NCBI GenBank assembly: GCA_038212275.1
Contig: JBBQUR010000014.1
Coordinates: 64,001 to 128,000 of the forward strand
Direction of reading: 5' to 3'
Source of the DNA: Planctomycetota bacterium
GTDB lineage: Bacteria; Planctomycetota; B15-G4
DNA length: 64,000 bases
Notes under the pieces: generated by a model
Told to the model about the DNA's origin: nothing
The model's database searches: none
What the model saw: only the letters and a program-made list of their open reading frames with translations
In this document: piece by piece, positions 57,364 to 64,000 of the stretch
Numbering within the stretch: position 1 is the stretch's first letter
How the letters are laid out: each line of letters begins with the position of its first letter
Made by a program: the position numbers and the translations under genes

Positions 57364-57974
57364 CGACACACGTTTTTCCGTGCCGGGCGAGGCGGTCAGC
57401 ACCCTCGGCGCTTGCGCTTCTCGACGCCGTCGCACGCCCGCTGAGGTTGAACGTCCGGACGGCGAGCGCGCCTGGCCGGTGTCTCGGGCGGAGCGGTGGC
57501 CCGGACGAATGATGAGGCTCTTCCGGAACGCGAGCGCTGCGCATTCGTGAGCCAGCGAACTGCGGGCCGCTTCGGCGGGTGCCTGACGTCTCCGCCGCTG
57601 CGTGACGCGTTCTCTGTGCCTGCCGCGCGCCGTGTTTATCCCGCGCAGAGCAGGACTCGCTGAGACCTGCGCGCCGAGAGGCACGCGCTCACCCTCTCGA
57701 ACCGAGTGTCTCGCGCCGAGAATCCAGCGCTGCGCCGTGCACGCCAAGCATTGCCCGCTCGAGCATGGCGTGCTGAACATTCCGCACCTGAGCATCACGC
57801 GCCAAGCACCGCAATCTCCCCATCCCCGCTCAAGCGATGCCTGACCGCATCACGAGTTCACCACCACCTCATTGCGGAGAATGCGTTCCCCAAAAGCCCA
57901 TGCGTGAGGCTCAGCGAAGCGCCCGCCGGGACCCGCCCCACCCCCGCATGGCGCGGAACCCCGTGCCTCGGCGT

Positions 57975-58104
57975 GCGTGCGCGGGACGGGAGGTTTGTCC
58001 GGCGCGAAGGGCGCCGCTCCCGGAACCGTGACGTGTCCTGTTGCCCCAGGGGCGCAGCGCCGGACAATCCTCCCGCCCCGCGCACTCCCCGCCCCATGCG
58101 ACTC
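57975..58104 (-). repeat. 130-bp self-complementary repeat, copy 2 (inverted)
   Basis: Reverse complement matches 57234-57363 with 4 substitutions. Confidence 0.92.
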
Positions 58105-58236
58105 CCGCGCATCTCGCCACCAGGGGCAGCCCCCGGCCAAGCAAAGCCGCGCCCCAGGCTAGCTCTCCCCAGCTGGAGTAGGCTTTCCAGCAACCGTCTC
58201 TCCCGACCCGATCCGCGACACAGTGAGGCTCCCTCC

Positions 58237-59796
58237 ATGTTCTTTCCGACGCCCATTCGTCCTGGTTCGCTCCTGCGCCCGACCGGCGCCGTGCTTCTGG
58301 TCGCCGCCGCCCTCTCGTCCGTGCCGCTCGTGGCGCAGGCCACGAGCACGAGCCTGGAGAAGTTCAAGCACAGTCCGGCCGTGACCTTCGACAGCTTCGG
58401 CAAGGCGGTCGCCGTGGAGGGCGACAGGGCGCTGATCACCGCCATTGGTGTCGACGGCAAGGGGGCCGCGTTCAGCTACCGGCGCCATGGCGACGCGTGG
58501 GACTTCTCGCAGAAATTCCGCGGCGCCGACACGCTCGCGGGCGACGCTTTCGGGTTCAAGGCGCAGATCGCCGGCGACTACGCCGTGCTCAGCGGGCATC
58601 AGAAGGACAAGGGCGCCCTGTTCGATGCCGGCGCGGCCTATGTCTTCCACGACGACGGCACGACCTGGACGCAGGTGCAGAAGCTGGAGGCCCCCGACCC
58701 CGCGGCCTCGGATTTCTTCGGCTGGTCCGTCTCGATGGGCGGCGACCTCATCGTCGTCGGCGCCATCGACGACGACGACGGCGGCAACCTCACGGGCTCC
58801 GCCTACGTCTTCAGGCGCTCGGGACCGACGTGGGTGTTCGAGCAGAAGCTGCACGCTTCCGACGCCGGTACCGAGGACGAGTTCGGCTTCGACGTCGACA
58901 CCGATGGCCAGACCATCGTCATTTCCACGCCGATGGGCGGTCTCGGCGCGGTGCCGACCGGTTCGGTCTACGTCTTCAAGCACGACGGCACGAGCTGGGT
59001 CGAAGTGCAGCACATCGGGCCGGCGGACGGAGCCGCGACCGACTACTTCGGCTGGGACATCCAGCTCGACGGCAACCGCCTCGCGATCGGCGCGCCCAAG
59101 CGCGACCTCACGAAGCTCGACGGCGGCGCCGTCTACCTCTACCGCGACAACGGCACGCGCTTCGTGCTGGAAGACGAGTTCGCGCCGAGCAAGGTCTCGG
59201 CCTCGGATGTCTTCGGCTGGTCGGTCGCCCTCCAAGGCGATCGTCTCGTGTCGGGAGCTCCGAGCACGACGATCGAAGGCGGATCACCCGACCTGTTCGA
59301 TGGCGCGCTGTACCAGTTCCACTTCAACGGGTCGCGCTGGGTGGAAGCGCACCAGTGGCTCAGCGCCGATGTGGCGGTGGCCGCCTGGCCCGGGCCCAAC
59401 CTCGGTCAGTCCTGTGCGCTCGACGGAACGACGGTCTTCGCCGGCGCGCCGTTCCACGACGGCGGCGCGATCAACTCAGGCGCAGCCTATCGCTTCGAAC
59501 TCACGGACCTCGGCCTCGACGCGCTGCCGGACTCCGTGCCCGCCGGCGGACAGCTGACCCTGACGACGGACGGCGGCCTCGCCGGAGCCAAGGCAGGACT
59601 CCTGGTGACGGCCTTCGGCGGAACGCCGATCAGCTACGTGATCTGGATCAGCGCCTTCGACGCGCAGGGAAAGTCGACGCTGGAGGTCACGGTGCCGGCC
59701 GTCGTGTCGGGCTTCGACGCCGTCATCGTCGCCGCAGGCTTCTGGCACGCCGGCCCCTTCACGCTCTCCAACCCGGTGACGGTGAGCTTCCAGTAG
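58237..59796 (+). CDS. Exported FG-GAP repeat (integrin alpha-like beta-propeller) protein
   Basis: About seven FGxxVxxxGD...GxAYxF repeats; signal peptide; C-terminal beta-rich domain. Confidence 0.9.
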   Translation: MFFPTPIRPGSLLRPTGAVLLVAAALSSVPLVAQATSTSLEKFKHSPAVTFDSFGKAVAVEGDRALITAIGVDGKGAAFSYRRHGDAWDFSQKFRGADTLAGDAFGFKAQIAGDYAVLSGHQKDKGALFDAGAAYVFHDDGTTWTQVQKLEAPDPAASDFFGWSVSMGGDLIVVGAIDDDDGGNLTGSAYVFRRSGPTWVFEQKLHASDAGTEDEFGFDVDTDGQTIVISTPMGGLGAVPTGSVYVFKHDGTSWVEVQHIGPADGAATDYFGWDIQLDGNRLAIGAPKRDLTKLDGGAVYLYRDNGTRFVLEDEFAPSKVSASDVFGWSVALQGDRLVSGAPSTTIEGGSPDLFDGALYQFHFNGSRWVEAHQWLSADVAVAAWPGPNLGQSCALDGTTVFAGAPFHDGGAINSGAAYRFELTDLGLDALPDSVPAGGQLTLTTDGGLAGAKAGLLVTAFGGTPISYVIWISAFDAQGKSTLEVTVPAVVSGFDAVIVAAGFWHAGPFTLSNPVTVSFQ

Positions 59797-59880
59797 GCGT
59801 CACCGGGCACCGCGTCACCGGGCGCCGCGTCACCGGGCGCTGCGTCACGGGGCGCTGCGTCACGGGGCGCCGAGTCACCG
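59797..59880. repeat. 15-bp tandem repeat (about 5.5 units, gcgtcacSgggcgcY)
   Basis: gcgtcaccgggcacc, gcgtcaccgggcgcc, gcgtcaccgggcgct, gcgtcacggggcgct, gcgtcacggggcgcc, starting immediately after the TAG. Confidence 0.9.
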
Positions 59881-59927
59881 AGTCACGGCAGCCACGCCGG
59901 GCGCGCCGGGTGCGCCGGGTGCGCCCG

Positions 59928-61397
59928 TCACTCCGCCGTCGTCACCGCGGGAGGATGCGGGTCGTACCAGCCGCCGACGTTCGCCGTGAGTTCGTCGGCC
60001 TGCTGCGGCCCCCACGTTCCGGGATCGTATTCGATGACCGGCGTGCTGGTGTGCAGGATCGGATCCACGATCTCCCACGCGCGCACGACGGCGTCGGCGC
60101 GCGCAAAGAGCATCGCGTCGCCGTTCATCGCATCGCCGAGCAGCCGTTCGTAGGCATCCATCTCGTCGGCGCTCGGCTGGCGCACGACGGACAGTTCCGT
60201 GGACTGCGCGGCCAGCACCTCGCCTGGTTTCTTGACGCGCGCGCCGAGAGCGATGACCACGTCGGGCGAGAGCCTGAAGCGCACGTGATTCGTGTTGCCG
60301 GTCGCGATGCGCTGCAGCGGCGGCCGCTTGAAGCGCACGAGGATCTCGGTGCACGAGACGGGCAGGCACTTGCCGGCGCGGATCGTGAAGGGCACGCCTT
60401 CCCAGCGCCAGCTGTCCACCGCGAGGCGCACCGCCGCGTAGGTCTCGACGCGGCTGTCCTTCGCGACGCCGGCCTCGTCGCGGTAGCCGCGGAACTGGCC
60501 GCGCACGAGTTGTTCCGGCTGCAGCGGCCTGATCGCGCGGAACACCTTGACCTGCTCGTCGCGCAGGCGCTCCGCCGACGTGCTGCCCGGCGGCTCCATC
60601 GCGAGAAAGCCCACCACCTGCAGCAGGTGATTCTGGATGACGTCGCGGATCGCGCCGGCCTCCTCGTAGAACTTGCCGCGGCCGCTCACGCCGAAGCTCT
60701 CGGCCATGGTGATCTGCACGTTCTCGACGTAGTTGCGGTTCCACACCGGCTCGAGGAAGGTGTTCGCGAAGCGGAAGAACAGGATGTTCTGCACCGCCTC
60801 CTTGCCGAGGTAGTGGTCGATGCGGAAGACCGACTCCTCCGCGAAGACGCCGTGCAGCGTCTCATTGAGCGAGAGCGCCGACGCGAGATCGCGGCCGAAG
60901 GGCTTCTCCACGATGACGCGCGCGTTCTTCGCGCAGCCCGAGCGCCCCAGCCCCTCGACCACCACCGGGAACATGCTCGGCGGGATGGCGAGGTAGTGCG
61001 CCGGCCGCTGCGCGCCGTCCAGCTCGCGGCGCAGCGCCTCGAAGGTGGCGGGCGCGTTGTAGTCGCCGTCGACGTAGCGGAGCTGGGCGACGAGCCTGGC
61101 GAAGAGCGCCTCGTCGAAGGGCTTGCGCCCGTGCAGCTCCAGGCTCTCGCGGGCGCGCGCGCAGAAGCGCGGAAGATCCCAGCCCGCCTTCGCGACGCCG
61201 ATCACCTTCATGTCGAGGTGGCCACGCCGCAGCATCGACGCGAGCGCCGGGAAGATCTTCTTGAACGCGAGATCGCCGGTCGCGCCGAAGAAGACGAGCG
61301 CGTCGCTCTGCGGCCGCGAGCCGACAGCGCCGTTGCCGGCGCGCACGGCGTGGACGGCGTTCACGTCGAACGCCTCGGAGGCGTCGGACGCGCTCAC
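59928..61397 (-). CDS. zwf: Glucose-6-phosphate 1-dehydrogenase
   Basis: [50 protein letters not shown] overlap with gnd. Confidence 0.96.
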   Translation of the reverse strand: MSASDASEAFDVNAVHAVRAGNGAVGSRPQSDALVFFGATGDLAFKKIFPALASMLRRGHLDMKVIGVAKAGWDLPRFCARARESLELHGRKPFDEALFARLVAQLRYVDGDYNAPATFEALRRELDGAQRPAHYLAIPPSMFPVVVEGLGRSGCAKNARVIVEKPFGRDLASALSLNETLHGVFAEESVFRIDHYLGKEAVQNILFFRFANTFLEPVWNRNYVENVQITMAESFGVSGRGKFYEEAGAIRDVIQNHLLQVVGFLAMEPPGSTSAERLRDEQVKVFRAIRPLQPEQLVRGQFRGYRDEAGVAKDSRVETYAAVRLAVDSWRWEGVPFTIRAGKCLPVSCTEILVRFKRPPLQRIATGNTNHVRFRLSPDVVIALGARVKKPGEVLAAQSTELSVVRQPSADEMDAYERLLGDAMNGDAMLFARADAVVRAWEIVDPILHTSTPVIEYDPGTWGPQQADELTANVGGWYDPHPPAVTTAE

Positions 61398-62422
61398 TTT
61401 GCGCCCTTCTCGAGATGCCCCCCGAACGCGAAGCGCATGGCGGACAGCAGCTTGTGCGCGTACTCGCCCTCGCCGCGCGACGAGAATCGATCGAACAGCG
61501 CGGCCGTGAGCACCGGCGCAGGCACGCCCTCGTCCACCGCCGCCGCGATGGTCCAGCGTCCTTCGCCGGAGTCCGACACTCGGCCCGAATACTCGGAAAG
61601 GTCCGGACTCTTCGCGAGCGCCGCCGCCGTGAGGTCCAGCAGCCACGACGAGATCACGCTGCCGCGGCGCCACACTTCCGTGACGGCGCCGATGTCAAGG
61701 TCGTAGCGATACTGTTCCGGGTGGGAGAGAGGCGTGGTCTCCGCGTCATGCGCGCCGCCCGCCGTGCTGCCGACGTTCGCGTGGCGCAGGATGTTGAGCC
61801 CCTCCGCATAGGCGGCCATGAGTCCGTACTCGATGCCGTTGTGCACCATCTTGACGAAGTGCCCGGCGCCCACGGGCCCGCAATGCAGCCAGCCGCGCTC
61901 GGCGGTGGCCGCCGCACCCGTGCTGCCCTCGCGGCCCGGCGTGCGGGCGATATCGCCCGCGCCCGGCGCGAGCGTCTCGAAGATCGGCGCGAGGCGCTCC
62001 ACGACGGCGCGCTCGCCGCCGACCATCAGGCAGTAACCGCGCTCGCGGCCCCACACGCCGCCGCTCGTTCCGGCGTCCACCCAGTGCAGCTCGCGCTTTC
62101 CGAGCCGCGCGGCGCGCGCGATGTCGTCGTGGTAGCGGGAATTGCCGCCATCGATGATCGTGTCGCCCGGCGACAGCAGCGGGACGAGCTGCTCGAGCAG
62201 GCCGTCCACGGCGCCCGCGGGAATCATGAGCCACACCGCGCGCGGCGCGGCCAGCTTCTGCACGAAGTCCGCCAGCGAGCTGCTGGCGGTTGCGCCCTGC
62301 CTGCCGAGCTCGGCCATGGGTGCCGGCGTCTTGTTGAACACCACGCACGCGTGCCCGCCCGCCATGAGCCGCTGCACCATGTTGGAGCCCATCCGTCCGA
62401 GGCCGATCATCCCGAGTTGCAT
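61394..62422 (-). CDS. gnd: 6-phosphogluconate dehydrogenase (decarboxylating, short type)
   Basis: [44 protein letters not shown]. Confidence 0.96.
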   Translation of the reverse strand: MQLGMIGLGRMGSNMVQRLMAGGHACVVFNKTPAPMAELGRQGATASSSLADFVQKLAAPRAVWLMIPAGAVDGLLEQLVPLLSPGDTIIDGGNSRYHDDIARAARLGKRELHWVDAGTSGGVWGRERGYCLMVGGERAVVERLAPIFETLAPGAGDIARTPGREGSTGAAATAERGWLHCGPVGAGHFVKMVHNGIEYGLMAAYAEGLNILRHANVGSTAGGAHDAETTPLSHPEQYRYDLDIGAVTEVWRRGSVISSWLLDLTAAALAKSPDLSEYSGRVSDSGEGRWTIAAAVDEGVPAPVLTAALFDRFSSRGEGEYAHKLLSAMRFAFGGHLEKGAK

Positions 62423-62681
62423 CGCCGTCTCCTTGTGTCGCGGACGCGGGCAGGCCGGCTCCCGCGGAGTCTTTCGCGGCCGAGGCGGAAGTGTCCGCCG
62501 TGCCGACGCCGAGTATGCCTGTCACGGGCGCGACGCGACATGCCCGCGTGTCTCTCGAGGCCGCCCCCGAAAGGAATGGCCCGGCTCCTCACCCTGCATG
62601 TCCGACTGGCAGGCCCGGTGCTACTGTCTGAGCACGCTGGATCGGCAGGCGCTCATCACCCGTCGCGCACGGAGCAGGAGA

Positions 62682-64000
62682 ATGGCGGTCGCCGTGACAT
62701 CACGCGGGAAGTCGGGTGCCGAGTCGCTGCTGCTCGCCGTCAACGGCGGGTCCTCCAGCCTGAGGTGCTCGCTCTTCCGCAGCGAGGCCGACGGCGCCGC
62801 AGGCGAGGCGCTCGTGCGCATGCTCGGCGTCCACGTCGAGCGCGTCGGCGCTGACGATCCGGTCCTGACCGGGCGGACCGCGCAAGGTGCGGGCAGTGCC
62901 ACCCGACCCGTGTCGCAGGAAGCGCCGCTGAAGGCTGCGCAGGCCGCCGATCACGTTCGCGCGCTGCAGGCCGCGCTCGACTGGATGGCTGGACATGTCG
63001 CGCTGGACGCCGTGGCCGCCGTGGGGCTTCGCATCGTGCACGGCGGCCCGCGCTGCCTGTCCACGCAGGAGGCCACGCCCGCGCTGCGAGAGGAACTGGA
63101 GCGCATCGCGCCCTTCGCACCCGAGCACGTGCCGGCGCAGATCGCGTTGCTCGACGCCTGCACGCGCCGCTTCCCGGAGGCCGCCCGGGTGCTCTGCTTC
63201 GACACGGCCTTTCACCGGGACCTGCCGCGCGAGGCGCACATCCTGGCCTTGCCGCGCCGCCTGCTGCGCGAAGGCGTGCGGCGTTACGGCTTTCACGGAC
63301 TCTCGTGCGCGTTCCTCATGCACGAGCTGCAGCGCGTCGGCAGCGTGCAGGAGGCCGGCGGCCGGGTGATCCTCGCGCACCTGGGCCACGGCGCCAGCCT
63401 GACCGCCGTGCGCAACGGCGCGAGCCTCGACACCAGCATGGGTTTCACGCCCGCGGCGGGTATCCCGATGAGCACGCGCTCCGGCGACCTCGATCCGGGC
63501 CTCGTGAACTACCTCGCGCGCACCGAAGGACAGACGGCCGACCGATTCGACGACATGGTGAACAGGCGCTCGGGGTTGCTGGGCGTGTCGGAGACCAGCG
63601 GCGACATGCGCGCACTCCTCGCCCTCGAGCCCCGCGATCCGCGCGCGGCCGACGCCGTGGCGCTGTTCTGCTACCAGGCGCGCAAGACCGTCGGTGCGTT
63701 CACGGCCGCGCTCGGCGGGCTGGACACGCTCGTGTTCGCCGGAGGCATCGGCGAAAACGCGCCGACCATCCGCGCGCGGATCTGCGAGGGACTGCAGTGC
63801 CTCGGTCTGGTCCTCGACGAGCAGCGCAACGCCGCCGGTGCCGACATCCTCTCCCGCGACGACAGCCGCGTGCGCGTGCGCCTCATCCGCACCGACGAGG
63901 AGTTGCAGATCGCGCGCGAGGTCGCGCTGCTGCTCGCCCGAACTTCATCAAAGACACATGATCACGTCGTGACATGCGTGCACCCCAAGGAAGCAAAGCG
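62682..64000 (+). CDS. ackA: Acetate/propionate kinase (stop codon lies beyond the window; absent from the ORF track)
   Basis: AGGAG RBS and ATG 62682; NGGSSSL, RIVHGG, FDTAFH, RRYGFHGLS, TSMGFTP..TRSGD, GGIGEN, TDEE. Confidence 0.92.
   Translation, partial: MAVAVTSRGKSGAESLLLAVNGGSSSLRCSLFRSEADGAAGEALVRMLGVHVERVGADDPVLTGRTAQGAGSATRPVSQEAPLKAAQAADHVRALQAALDWMAGHVALDAVAAVGLRIVHGGPRCLSTQEATPALREELERIAPFAPEHVPAQIALLDACTRRFPEAARVLCFDTAFHRDLPREAHILALPRRLLREGVRRYGFHGLSCAFLMHELQRVGSVQEAGGRVILAHLGHGASLTAVRNGASLDTSMGFTPAAGIPMSTRSGDLDPGLVNYLARTEGQTADRFDDMVNRRSGLLGVSETSGDMRALLALEPRDPRAADAVALFCYQARKTVGAFTAALGGLDTLVFAGGIGENAPTIRARICEGLQCLGLVLDEQRNAAGADILSRDDSRVRVRLIRTDEELQIAREVALLLARTSSKTHDHVVTCVHPKEAK

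Noticed and set aside
57364..57974. Transposase or recombinase remnant between the inverted repeats
   Set aside because: The short ORFs show no HUH, DDE or recombinase motifs that I can recognise.
57706..58236. N-terminal extension of the FG-GAP ORF
   Set aside because: It translates the repeat element; the signal peptide follows ATG 58237.
59797..59880. Possible CRISPR array (also considered for 23677-23760 and 19473-19562)
   Set aside because: Units are 12-15 bp and contiguous, with no unique spacers and no cas genes.

Overview
High-GC (roughly 70% by eye), densely coding chromosomal segment, most likely from a Planctomycetota/PVC bacterium. The lineage is inferred from the double-length UvrA, the exported HEAT and FG-GAP proteins and a small conserved protein. 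About 48 CDS and one tRNA-Val(GAC) are supportable. They are mostly housekeeping genes (mutL, holA, late menaquinone genes, ruvB, tgt, gmd, uppP, ald, nadD, tsaE, thiL, dacB, galE, purC/E, mtnA, zwf/gnd, ackA) in translationally coupled operons. No CRISPR array, transposase, integrase or phage genes were recognised. The most interesting candidate system is a DNA-repair cluster: a tandem-fused UvrA (four ATPase domains) is coupled to a bacterial XPB helicase, followed by a 723-aa protein whose C-terminal domain visibly aligns with the XPB N-terminal domain, as TFIIH p52 does. Other notable items are a pair of 130-bp self-complementary inverted repeats in a 1-kb intergenic region, a 1499-aa lipoprotein heading the menaquinone operon, an uncharacterised molybdopterin oxidoreductase complex with a repeat insertion, apparent CTG starts in CTGA stop/start overlaps, several apparently leaderless genes, and a tRNA with C at position 33. 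All calls come from reading motifs by eye; no searches were run.
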